Source of the DNA: Klebsormidium nitens | Taxonomy: Eukaryota; Plantae; Klebsormidiophyceae | NCBI GenBank assembly: GCA_000708835.1 | Contig: DF237029.1 | Span: 24,658 to 88,657, forward strand | Reading direction: 5' to 3' | DNA length: 64,000 nucleotides | Shown: positions 23,853 to 39,000 of the stretch, in pieces | Layout of the letters: every line of letters starts with the position of its first letter | Position numbering within the stretch: the stretch's first letter is position 1 | The notes under the pieces: model-generated | Database searches by the model: none | Seen by the model: only the letters and a program-made list of their open reading frames with translations | What the model was told of the DNA's origin: nothing | Program-made: the position numbers and the translations under genes

Positions 23853-25900
23853 CGTAGAAGAATTGCGAGAGATGTTGCTACAGCAGCTTGCAAGGTAAAC
23901 GAAACAAGTCGGAATAGATGCAGCAACATTGCTAGACGGCAAAGTGGTAGTTCGATGCAGGCTCTTTGAGGCTTGATATTCAAGATTGACTGCCCGGAGC
24001 GGAATCTTTCGAGCACGCGAGATCAGGCGGGGTTTAGGCAAGTTTGGTGTCAAAGACATCACTGGTCCCCGAGTATTCTAGCTAGCTAGCCTTGCTAAAA
24101 GAGTGCACGAGCTTTCACCGAGTGGAGTAACAAAGGGCCGCCCGCTAGCTTGTGAGCATGACGATCAATTTCCTTTCTATCATTGGCGTCCGGACGTTTA
24201 TATGTTTCAAACATCCGATCTGTAGATGCAGTTCCGTGTTGATTGTATTGGCCGCCGCCCACAAATTTGAATCCGAAGATGCGATATACTGTATGCTGGA
24301 AGTTTAAGCTCAGTGCACATCATGGCGTTGTTGGAGCACTAACATGATGTGTTCAATAAATGGATCGCACAATGATCATGACGGGCAATCATCGCGCGCA
24401 CCAGTTGAAACTTGCATCTTTCCTCAATCTGGATAGACATGGAAACCGGCAGGATGAATTTCATGCGGCGCCGCAAGATGAACTTGCAGATTGCGCATCG
24501 AAATATGTAATCTACAAACATAATTGCGTTTGCACACATACTAATAGCGTTCATGAAGAACCTTGCAGACCCGCCCCTAAAAGTGCCCGGTTGCTTGATG
24601 GAGAAGTGACCGGGAGTTTGGGACCAAGATACGATCGCAGGATAAGATCCAGTCAAAAGTCGCCACCTGCCCTAGGTCCAAACGCAGTGTCGATGAGCGC
24701 TCCATTGCAGGTACCGGGGAAGTACTATATCTACCGGCTATACAACCGGCCACTATTACAGTCGTCGCCTTATCTCAGAAGGACTCCCGGTGCAAATTCT
24801 TCCGTGCTGTTTCAATCGGCCCATCTGTGATCATACTGCACACTGAGTACACTGCGCAGTGTGCATACTGGACAGTGCACAACTCCGTACGCTGAGTTTG
24901 AATCGACGGCGTCCTCTACATACTACTGCGCAACTTCAGATTTGACCGCGGACAACGGCTCGCTAGTTCGAAAGTACCGTAGAGGTCCGTCCGTAAAATT
25001 CGATCGACCGTACCGTGCGAGCAGGCTTCTGACATTGAAGGTGCAGGTGGTTTACTTCATCGCGCGACATCTGGCAAATATTAAATATACATGCGTGCGG
25101 CGGTCCAAGCTTGTACTCATTCTGTACAGTTTGCTGTACCTCAGACCGCGATTGACACTCATCAATTTGGCTGAGGCCTGCGCACACCGTCGATTGGCGT
25201 ATCGACGGTTCTAGGTGGATTAGGCTGCGATCGAATCTTCTCCAACTTTCAATGTGGAGCCAGGAGATAGGGGCGGGTCCTAGAGGTACTTCATGAACGC
25301 CATGATGATATATCGACGTACACGTGGTGCAACACGAAGAGGCATGCATGTGCCAGTTGCCTAGGAAAACTAATGTACTGAGACATGGGTTATAAACGTA
25401 CGTGGACGTACTTCGGGATGTGGTAGTATACGTTCAGATGTCACGGAAAGCTTCAGCCTGGGCATGTATATGTCAATTGTCATATGCCCGCTACTTTTGT
25501 TGTGTTTTGAATGAAACTTACAGATTCGTGTTGAAGTTTGGCCGGACTTGCTACACAATTGATGCAACCGTCATACTAATACTTAAATCTCAATGCCAAG
25601 ATGAATTCAAGATGTATCCAGTCGATGCCACTTTCTGCATTTGACGTTATATTTCGGTCTCAATCAACATAGACTTTCAAACAAGTCGCAATTGGTCAAA
25701 CACTTTCTACATAATTACACACTTCAAAAAGGTCCTCCCGTTCAAACATCCTTTGTGAAAGGATATTGGATGCATCAAAAAACCATAGGCCCCAAGATCG
25801 AAAAACTCCCAAGTCTTGACAACGTCTCAGTCATGTGAACTTCAGTCGAACATGGAAAATTGGGCGATCGAAGACCATTGCTAGTAGTAGATAGATCGAC

Positions 25901-28347
<2,447 letters not shown>

Positions 28348-28524
28348 CTCTTCTGGAAGAATCAGGTGGCCAGCACAAAGTCAAGCAACAAGGATCTGGA
28401 TCAAGTGGAGAATGCAACACTTCAAAGCTCTGCGTAGAAGAAGCTCGACGATCAAGTGTAAAATTGAATCTGGAAGGCGCAGAGCCTTGCTTCATTCTAG
28501 GCTATAGCCTGAGCCAATATGGGC

Positions 28525-28841
28525 TACCGTAGAGCGCCCATTACTGGATCACCTTATTTTTGGCACCGCTTATTGGCAGTATTGTTTGACGGATTTATGA
28601 TTTTAAAGTGCGGTTTTCTCCACATATCCAGACTTTTAAAGGGCTATCTGCCGATGCCCCTTGGATCCAGATTTGACCTACTTTAGGTCATGCTTCGGAG
28701 TCAAAAACCTCGGTTTTACGCACAAAAGAGCTGATCCAGTTTTGGACAGTTGGAAATACGAGACTGGATCAAGATAGGTCCAGTTTAGGGCGGAGGTGAT
28801 CCACTAATGGTGCGTGATCCGGTTTTGGGCGCTCTACGGTA
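28525..28841. mobile_element. Tc1/mariner-type (Stowaway-like) MITE, 313 bp (28527..28839), with TA target-site duplication
   Basis: Perfect terminal inversion including the TA: TACCGTAGAGCGCCCA (28525-28540) and TGGGCGCTCTACGGTA (28826-28841). Subterminal inversion TTACTGGATCACC / GGTGATCCACTAA. Several internal TGATCCAG/CTGGATCA-like motifs. No ORF. Confidence 0.85.
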
Positions 28842-29443
28842 TTAGGTAGGTACGTTTAGCCACCCAACATCTAGGTAGATTTACCCATGGCAGCCCCATC
28901 ACCACCGTTTTTGCCAAAGTGGTCACGCCAAACGTCAATCAACCGCCAAGAGTTATCTGCTGATACACTACTTTCCTATAACGGTAGATGGAAAATCTCC
29001 ACACGGAATCGACGGGGAAGCCGTACCGTGTACGTGTTGGAGAGTCTGTTACCTTGACTTCTCTTGCAAGCGTGATTCCGATTGGTCGATAGTCTCTAGC
29101 ATCATCAAGTAACAGCTCGAAGTTACCAATTCAACCAGGAAGCCTTTGGCCGAGTACGGACTCCGGTACCAGCATGTAACCCGGTTCCTTGACCAATGGC
29201 AATCGTCGATTCTGATAACTAAGGGTTCAGATTCAACGTTTAGAATCTTGGGTTGGTCGGATACCGTAGATTCCACACTGGAGTCTGGCCTGCTCATGCA
29301 AGTGTGACTGCGACCAATTTTGCTCGTGAGAGCAACCTTCATTTGCTGCTGTCTCGAGACAAAGCAGCAGCACTTAGGGGGGTGTTTGCGGCGCAGTGCC
29401 GCTTCTTCAACTCTTTGTTGAGGTTTTCACAAAGTCTGCCAAG

Positions 29444-32400
29444 ATGGTAAGTAGTACTTACTGTCTGCTCGTTCTCTTGATGGATTGTGTCTGCGATGCC
29501 TCCCGTCAACTCTGTTTTGTCTTATGCCAGGATGTGCTTGGAGTTCTTGTGGGGTCGTTGTTCTACTCCTCCTTTCCTGCTTCTCCGTGTGGAGGGAGCA
29601 GTCACGTTGCGACGGTATGCTTGCTGGATGATGTAGCTTGTTCAAGGCTCTTTCTGTTGGTATGCTTGCTACTTCAAACAATATTGTGCGATGCTCAATC
29701 TCGTCAGTGCCAACCTGCCTGCAGGTGAAGTTTACTATGGAAGAGATCCGTAGGATCATGGACAAGAAGAACAACATCAGGAACATGTCCGTGATTGCTC
29801 ACGTGGACCACGGTAGGTGTTGTCTCTTTTCAAGCTGAGAGTATGAGTTTGCTCTTGTCCCTTGAGCTAGGGCCGTGATTCATCTGTCGGTGTCAACACC
29901 TGGGCGGCAAAAGGTATTTACCGGATGGCACCAATACACACCATCTTGTTGCTATCTGTCAGTGTGTTTGGTGGACATTCTATGGGGCAGGTTTACGCGC
30001 TAGTGGGAATGCCTCTTCTGGTCAGGTTTGCATGAGTCTGTCAGTAGGCTCCAAAGAGTGATGGGGGTGTCCTGATGTAAGTGTGTCGTTTGGTTGGAAG
30101 GGAAGCTGGCACCGAGGTTGCTGGTAATGGTTGTCTATGTTTGAATTGGGGGCGCCTGGTGGAGTCTGGAACGGGTCTACTTTTTTGCGCTGTCAGCTTG
30201 GTTGGCATTTGACAGGTATCGACATGTTGATCAGATGATGTGTCTGTGTTTGCATTGGGCATGCTACTTGGTAATGGTCTGTCGACGGGCATCTTTGCAA
30301 AAAAGGATTCTGCCTGTCATTGCTGGTTGCGTCTGTTGTACTCCTGCGGATGGAGCCTTCGTGCCATTGCGGGTTGCTTTGATGGAACGTGCTATTGAAA
30401 GCTAGTTCAACTCAGAGATGTGGCTGATTACTTGTGACAGCAACCTAAGGACATTCTGTTGGTGTTCTGCTTCAGACTTCCAGAGTTCGTGAAGGCAATG
30501 AAGGTTTTTGGCTGCAAGAGCCTCCTAACAACTTTGGCTGTCCTTTTACTGTTCTAGCTTTTCATTAAAGTGGGCGTCTGCACTCGCGAGTGCACCTGGA
30601 CATCGGACGGTTTAACGTCCGAGTTGAATCTATTGGACGGCTCAGAGTTGGCCTTCTCGAGGCTCTCCTCAGGACTCGGACTCACTAGTGTGCATTTCCC
30701 GGCTTTGAAATTCGACGCCCACTTTAGGAATAAAAGCTGGTGTGACATCTAGTTGCTGGATTGTCAAGTAGCAGCGGGGTTGATTCTGGTGCCAGTGGTA
30801 GTCTGCTGGAGGATGCTGTTCCATGATGAAGGTGGTTCAAGAATCTTGCAGTGAATCAGACCAGCAACACTATTCAAGGTAGCCCAGGTATTCACATTGA
30901 AGTTTTCTCCAATCTTTCCCTGTACTTGCTTGTAAAATTGACAAGCTCTCTGGTTTTTAGTTTGCGACATCTTTCATGGGGCCAATAGAGCATCCAATCC
31001 TTCTTAATTGGGAGTTGCAATGACAGTCCCTCAGTTGTGTAGCTTCACGCGCAGGCACACTGCAGATGCTGTGTTGCTGACCATGTCTCCTGACCCCTCT
31101 TGCAGGCAAGTCCACCCTGACCGATTCCCTGGTGGCTGCCGCGGGGATCATCAGCGTTGACGCCGCCGGCGACATGCGCCTGACCGACACGCGCGAGGAC
31201 GAGCAGCAGCGTGGTGTGACGATTAAGTCCACGGGCATCTCCCTCTACTACGAGATGACGCCGGAGGCGCTCAAGAATCTCAAGGGCGAGCGCGACGGGG
31301 ACGATTACCTCATCAACTTGATTGATTCCCCTGGGCACGTTGACTTCTCGTCCGAGGTGACGGCGGCACTCCGTATCACGGACGGCGCGCTCGTGGTTGT
31401 GGACTGCATCGAGGGGGTGTGCGTGCAGACGGAGACGGTGCTGCGCCAGGCGCTGGGAGAGCGTATCCGGCCGGTGCTGACGGTGAACAAGCTGGACCGG
31501 TGCTTCCTGGAGCTGCAGTTTGACCCCGAGGAGGCTTACCAGGCGTACTCGCGTGTGATTGAGAACGCCAACGTCATTATGGCGACGTACCAGGACGACT
31601 TGCTCGGGGACACGCAGGTGTACCCCGAGAAGGGGACGGTGGCGTTCAGCGCGGGGCTGCACGGGTGGGCGTTCACGCTTACGCAGTTTGCTGCCAAGTA
31701 CGCCACCAAGTTCGGGGTGGCCGAGAACAAGATGATGGAGCGGCTGTGGGGCGAGAACTTCTTCGACGCTTCCACCAAGAAGTGGACCAAGAAGAATACG
31801 GGGAGCCCGACGTGCAAGCGTGGGTTCGTGCAATTCATCTACGAGCCCATCCAGCAGGTGATCCGGCTGTGCATGAACGACGAGAAGGAGAAGCTGTTCC
31901 CGCTGCTGGAGAAGCTGGGCGTGCAGCTCAAGGGCGCGGAGAAGGACCTGCTGACCAAGGCGCTGATGAAGAAGGTGATGCAGACGTGGCTCCCCGCCAA
32001 CGAGGCCCTGCTGGAGATGATGATTTATCACCTGCCCTCCCCTGCCAAGGCGCAGCGGTACAGGGTGGAGAACCTGTACGAGGGCCCCCTCGACGACCAG
32101 TACGCCAACGCCATCCGCAACTGTGACCCCGACGGCCCCCTCATGCTCTACGTGTCCAAGATGATTCCCGCGAACGACAAGGGCCGCTTCCTTGCCTTCG
32201 GGCGTGTGTTTGCCGGGACGGTGCGCACCGGGCGCAAGGTCCGGATCATGGGGCCCAACTACGTGCCCGGCGAGAAGAAGGACCTGTTCGTCAAGTCGGT
32301 GCAGCGGACGGTGCTCATGATGGGGCGCAAGCAGGAGTCGGTCGAGGACGTGCCGTGCGGGAACACGGTGGCGCTGGTCGGGCTCGACCAGTTCATCCTG

Positions 32401-35187
32401 AAGAACGCCACGCTGACGGAGGAGAAGGAGGTGGACGCGCACCCCATCCGCGCCATGAAGTTCAGCGTGTCGCCCGTCGTGCGTGTCGCCGTGGAGTGCA
32501 AGAACCCCGCGGACCTGCCCAAGCTGGTGGACGGGCTCAAGCGCCTCTCCAAGTCCGACCCCATGGTCCAGTGTATCATCGAGGAGGTGAGGATCTGGAC
32601 TTCTGCTTTTATGTATGGGGTTTGAATCCAGGGTTAGGTGATTTTCCGAGGTTATTCAGTTGGTTTGCATGATCAACAGTGATCGAGGTTGGGGTTTGTA
32701 GCAAGTAGGGTTTGTTTCCAGGATTGGTGGTTTGGTCTCAGGCTCTGAGTTTTGTATCTGAGTTTTGTATTGAGGTCGGAGCCTGCTTTGCAATTCAGAG
32801 GGTTCGTTTCCAGGCCAGTGCGTTGGACGTTGGGTTTTGCTGTGAGCTGTGTGTTTGCAAGCAAGGGTTTTTTGCCAGTATTAGGGTTTTGGTGGACAGT
32901 GTACAGAGTTGCTCGTTTGCGCGCTCATCTCAAGCCAGTCTAGTTGTTTTTCTGTACATGCTCATGGTTTCACGTTCAACAATCATTGAGATTGGTCTTG
33001 CTTCGTGTTGGCACGGTCAAACTTCCATATCTGTCTGTTGGAGGGTTCTGTTTTCGGGGCCGATCTCAGGCTTCCTTTCATGGACTACGTTGTCTAGACT
33101 GAATCATTCTGCTTGTCATCATTTTTGGTGTTCTTTTAGATGTCTGCCGTAAAAGGCAGGTGCAACCAGAGAATCTCCCCAATAGATTAGTAATAGGAAT
33201 CAGTATGTGTGACCCCAAGCTACAGAAACCCACAGCTAGGCAATAGCCTGGTTTTCGACGACAGCATGTAGTTTTATAACTGGTGCTCTGTCTGATTTAG
33301 TGATTTTCTCCTTTGCAGACTGGCGAGCACATTGTGGCCGGCGCTGGAGAGCTGCATCTGGAGATCTGCTTGAAGGATCTGCAGGACGACTTCATGGGAG
33401 GTGCTGAGATTAGGATCTCAGATCCCGTCGTGTCCTTCCGTGAGACGGTGAGCACTTGCTGGGGCCAAAGTGTCTTCAATCTACAGAAGGTTGCTGTTTC
33501 GCATGCTGCTTTTCTCATGAACAGAAGTGGGCTTTATGCGCATTGCAATCCTGGGGTCTTCCTGGTAGGAATCAGAGGGCAGGAGTTAGACGATTGCTCT
33601 TGTAAGCAAAGGCTGTTATAACCGTATTTCAGAATCTGCCTGGTTCCCTGCTGGTTGTTCCTGGCCATTCGATTAGCCTATGCTTATCCCCCTCCATTTT
33701 GCCGTTCTTTGGGAGTGGGCTCGAGTTTTCTTCTGCAGAAAGTTTCATGCTCGGTTGTCTCCTTTCTCGCTCATGATAAGTGATTGGTCACTGCACCCCC
33801 CACTTTACACTTCAATACGGAGTCTTCTGTCCTTGGTCCTCAAACTGGTCGGACTTTGACGGAGCTGACCTCCCTCCTTCCCCCTGCCAGATTCTGGAGA
33901 AGTCCTCGCGGACGGTCATGAGCAAGTCCCCCAACAAGCACAACCGCCTGTACTTCGAGGCGCGCCCCCTCGAGTCCGGCCTCCCCGAGGCCATCGACGA
34001 GGGCAAGGTCGGCCCCCGTGACGACCCCAAGGCGCGCACCAAGATCCTGAGCGAGGACTTCGGCTGGGACAAGGACGTCAGCAAGAAGATCTGGTGCTTC
34101 GGCCCCGACACCAACGGCCCCAACATGGTGGTTGACATGTGCAAGGGTGTGCAGTACCTGAACGAAATCAAGGACTCAGTCGTCGCGGCCGCGCAGTGGG
34201 CCATGAAGGAGGGCGCCGTCTCGGAGGAGAACATGCGCGGTGTCTGCTTCGAGGTGAGTGCAGCGGGCTTCGCTTTCCCCGTAACGGCAGGGGTTTGAGC
34301 TTGTTTCGGAGCGGAGGGCTAGGTGGTTTCTACCTTGCGGGTCTCGGGTGTGGTGCAGTGCAAGCTGGAAGAACTTGCGATTGCGGAGCAGAGTATTGCA
34401 GAAGCCAGGCAGGGCGTGTGTGAGGTTTGTCGAGAAGGCATATGTGTTCGAATGGCTGAACAGGAACGTCATGTTGAATTGAGCTCTTTACGCAGACTGT
34501 CTCGGCCCTTGCTGAAATTTTCTTGGCGGGTTGGAATGTAGAGAGGCCTTCTTGAGCAGCAGTTTGCCCCTTGTTTCACTTGTCCTCGCTCTTGAGAAGG
34601 TCCTGACTTCCGCAGGGCCAAATTGCAGCGCATGTCTGGCCCTTCTTTACACTGGCCTTCCTCCTTGGTATTTTCCCTCGTATTTAGTCGCTAATGCTGT
34701 GCGCGGTCTCCTCTTGCAGGTGTGCGACGTGGTCCTCCACGCGGACGCCATCCATCGCGGCGGTGGCCAGATCATCCCCACTGCCCGCCGCGTCATGTAC
34801 GCGGCCCAGCTGACGGCCAAGCCGCGCCTGTTCGAGCCCGTGTACCTGGTGGAGATCCAGGCCCCCGAGGGCGCCCTCGGCGGTATCTACTCCGTGCTCA
34901 ATCAGAAGCGCGGCCACGTGTTTGAGGAGCAGCAGCGTATCGGCACTCCCCTGTACAACATCAAGGCGTACCTGCCCGTCGTGGAGTCGTTCGGGTTCAC
35001 GGCCGTGCTGCGTGCGGCCACGTCGGGCCAGGCGTTCCCGCAGATGGTGTTCGACCACTGGGAGATGATGGGCTCCGACCCGCTCGAGTCCGGCAGCCAG
35101 GCTGCGGAGCTGGTCAGCCAGATCAGGAAGAGGAAGGGGCTCAAGGAGACGCCGACGCCGCTCTCCGACTTCGAGGACAAGCTCTAG
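29444..35187 (+). CDS. EEF2: Eukaryotic translation elongation factor 2; exons 29444..29446, 29725..29812, 31106..32586, 33319..33447, 33891..34253, 34720..35187
   Basis: [73 protein letters not shown], and the diphthamide loop [19 protein letters not shown]. The exon lengths sum to 2532 nt = 843 aa plus stop, matching the usual plant eEF2 length. Strong GC3 bias. Confidence 0.98.
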
Positions 35188-36085
35188 AGGGAGCGCGGTG
35201 TGGTGTGGTCTGAGGGTTACTATCGCGGGCACGAGGCACTTTGAAAGTTGGTTGAGGGAGGCGTCAGAAGCGAGGTCGAATGGTTGTGTTACTCATAGAG
35301 TTAGGCTGCGGTGAAGGGCGCTCTGTGCAGGTCGTTGGGCCCTGTGGCAGAAGTTATTGTTGTAGTCGAGTGGATAAGAAAGACTGTGCAAAACGCTGTG
35401 TATTGATGTGCACTTTTTCAAACGGAAGTCACAAGGACTGTGCTGTGCTCAATTCACATTACCATTGCAGCCTCGTTCTGTGCACATGCTCATGCCGCTT
35501 CTCGATTGTAGCTTTTGCGGCCATGTGTCTGCATCTTCATGATTCATATTTACGGCTCACTTCATTCAGAACTTCATAATTGTCAGCTGTTGACTTCTGG
35601 TGGGCCGAAATTTAAAGTAGCTGTCACATGCATTTCTGGACGTCGTGCACTGAGCGGCTGCGAAATGTACAATGTACTTCACGGACGTTAATATTGCCAA
35701 TTCAAAGTTCAAAGGCCGCTTCGATCTCCAACTGTCATATCCATATGTATGCACTGGCGTGGCGATCTGCGGTTCACTTCCTTCAAAATACATGTACCTT
35801 CGATTACGCAAATGCAGAACCATGATTGCATGCCAGGCTGGCAATTGCAGATGTGGCTCGAGTCCACATTGCGCTGCATGGTGGCTTGCGCAAAGTGACC
35901 TGATCGAGCACATTTAACATGCACCGTCGTGCAGGTGCAGACGGGTATATAGTGGACTATGTAAGGAGTGTCAAAGTGTTTGACACCAATAACAGATCGA
36001 TGCCGTCTTGAACTCATGAGTGTGATCATCTCAGGCCAGCCTAATCTCCCACAGCCAGCATACATACGTGACATGCATGACAACG

Positions 36086-39000
36086 TCAAACTCCTCCCCG
36101 AACTTTGTTCCTGTTTCGTATCCTAACTCTTGGCTTGCGCTCTGCTTTTGCAGCATCCACAAAACCCTTTTGCCACCGTCTCAAAACGGGCGGCAGCAGA
36201 GCCTCGTCATCGTGGACTACTGCCCGCGCAGCTTTCTCCGCCAGCCACGCATGGTACACCAGCCCCCGGGCCCCCAGCCCGCCCACCACCCACAACGCAC
36301 ATGCCCCCGGGGAACTCTCCCGACCAGAGCCTTCATTTACCGAGTCGACCCTTTCACCACCACCCCTTCCATTAGAAACGTCGCGAGCAAAACCCTCATC
36401 ACTATTCGCCGAAGCAAGGCGGTCTGGAGCACCATTATCCTCGTCTTTAGCCATCGAGGCCGACGGATCGTCCTCCGAACTCCTGCCCTGTATTTTTCCG
36501 GCGATGGGCACCGTTCCGTCGGACGTTCGTCGCGCCCACGCCCTGACTCCCGACCGGACTGCCGCGACCCGCCACTCTCGGACTGGGGGGTAAATCACCT
36601 CTGCTTTCGCTAACAGCTCCTCAGCTACTTTTTCCCCCTCTTGCGGGGACACACCGGATTCAAGATCCCCATTTTCCCAGTCCTTTGTCGCCCCCACGAG
36701 GAGCGTCTCCGTGCCTTGGGCGGAGATCCACGCCGGCCCGAGCAGGCTGGGAGAGGACGCCGGGAAAGCGACACGTGGCGCGTCGCTTGCGGTGCCACAT
36801 GGCGGATGGAGCTCAACCACCCGCCCACGGCACATGGAGAGGTGGAGCTCGCAGGCGACCTCCGGGAAGCGCACCGCAGCGGCGCCGGAGCAGATGACGA
36901 CAGCAGTGTAGCCGGCTGACGTAGAAAAAGAAGTAAGGATCAGGGCCTAAAGGCAGGTTCTGAGACGCGAAGTGTGCTCAGAAGTGGGGTTCCAGCGAAC
37001 GCAAAACAGCGCAATCCAAACAGTCCTCAAGAACGGGTGAGACGCACGAAGACCCGAGTTGACAGGTGTAAGGGACGGACTTCAGTTTCAGTTCGAAACC
37101 CTCCCGATAGTCATGCAGCCCTTGATAGAGAATTCAGACGCAGGAGTCGCCAAGTCAGAGTGATTCAAGGTCAGCTTTCCATTCTGCGGGACAGAACAAG
37201 TCAAGACGTAACAGGGAAGGGACAGATCGGTCCCCCTGCGGTGAAAACTTCGGCTCACCTTGGCTGAGACCGGCCAGCGAGTCCACTTTTTGTTTGTGCA
37301 GGGTCGCGCGTGGCCGGCCGGGGCCCCGGTCCCCTGCTTGCTGCTCGCACGCACGCCAAAGGCCCTGTGAGAAGAAGACCGGGGAATCACAACCGGGCAC
37401 GAACAAGGAAGGAATAAGGAAGATGAAAACGACGGAGACCTACTGGCCAAGGATGGGGAGACCGAGGGTGCTGGAAGTATCTTCTTTCTGGCCGAAACGT
37501 TTCTTGTAGTCCCAGTGAACGCTGTGAGTCCCGGTGACAAAGCACCTTGGTTAACCCTCTCGGTCATGGCTTTACTTCACCTCCTTACTTAAGCTTCTTC
37601 GTCCCTTGGAAGACTTTCTCTAAGAGCGGCTTTGGGTCATACCCACTATCAGCGCCAAATCGCAAAGTGGGCGATTGCAACGGATCCGTCGAACGGAGGC
37701 ATCAGTTTAGCTTCACAAAGTAGGACGCTGAAAATCGTGCGAATCGTTGAAGCGGCTTGGTCCCCTCACCTCAAGATACCTGGTCGGGTTGATAGTGATG
37801 CCCCGGGGCAAGAAGAGCGCCGTGTCCCCAACAGGCTCAGCCAAGCCCGGAACAAGCTTCCGGGCGGTTTCCCCGTTAACAATGGCGGCACGACCGCCCA
37901 CCACGTGCGAGTCGTCTATTGGCGGGGCGCTCTCTGCATGCTGCAAGAAAAGCGCCTCTGAGGAACGAAGCTTTTCTGAGCACGAGATTCTTCTTGAGCG
38001 GAAACCTTTTGAGGCACCCACTTTCGGTCAGGTCCTAGAAATACGCTCCAGCCTGGAGGTAGCATTAGCCCTGCTTGTAATCCGCAAGGTATTGCGCGCA
38101 AGCGACTAATCCTCTCGCAAGTTCTTGCGCAAGCAAACTTTCCCCTTCTAGTCGACCTCTAGGATACCGCATGAACGGGCCTTTGTATTGAGGACGGCTT
38201 TACATGAAGCTTGTGTCGTCCTTTGAGGTCTAAAGACAGAGGAACAGGAGGGCGTCAGCTCATCAGCTTTTGTATCATTCTTGGACGGAAGTGTATTGGT
38301 TGCGATTTGGGACGAAGACCTGAGGTCGAACCCCAGTCAAAGGCCCGGGTATAGTTGCTCAACTGTAAAAAATAAAGAAACAAGCCGATAAAACGAGACA
38401 ATAAAGACTCTCTGGCTTCTAACGGCCCCATAAGGATGATAAGTCGAAGGACAAACAAACCTCGTAAGGACGGCTCGAAACCAGTAAACAGGCTCCAGAA
38501 CAACGATCAGGAGGAAAGAGGATTCCAGTTCCGAGCCCCACCTTTTTGTAGTTGTCTGCCAACCGCTGCTCGACTGCCGGGCGCAGGATCCCCCTGCATC
38601 ATTCGAGGAGCAAACGGGATTATTCAGGGGCAAAGTCGCAACCGCTCACAGAGTCAGTGGTGCGAATCCCAATTTGGTGAAAAGGACACTCACAGAAAAT
38701 CGCCCATATTCCATGCTTGCTCGTTCTTCTTCTTGCTATTTCCCTTTCCTCTCTGAGCACCAATCACCGACTTTGCAAGTCGGCCTGATCAAGTCACTTC
38801 GAGAGTTCGACGAGCAAGCTTTTGCCTTGGCACGAGAAGATACAAAGCAGACGCCCCAAGCAAGAGCACCATAACAACGTGTCCACTCCGTAACAAGCAG
38901 TCTCCGACATCTTCCCCTCACTTTCTCCTGGCAATCAAACTCTCTTCGGCGGTTGGCGCTTCCCCCTGCGCTCTCTCTGCTGCCTCCAACAGCCGCAGGG

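Noticed and set aside
31045-32442. 465-aa minus-strand ORF (and similar ones such as 22361..23311, 34684..35232 and 117..692)
   Set aside because: These are antisense shadows of GC3-rich real exons (eEF2, CCC, first gene). High GC removes stop codons, and the translations have no recognisable motifs.
35560-35950. CATG/ATGCAT-rich intergenic tracts (also 48400-48740 and 53200-53700) as a possible dispersed repeat family
   Set aside because: They share only short words (for example CACATGCATTT, CATGATTG), and I could not align them over a meaningful length.
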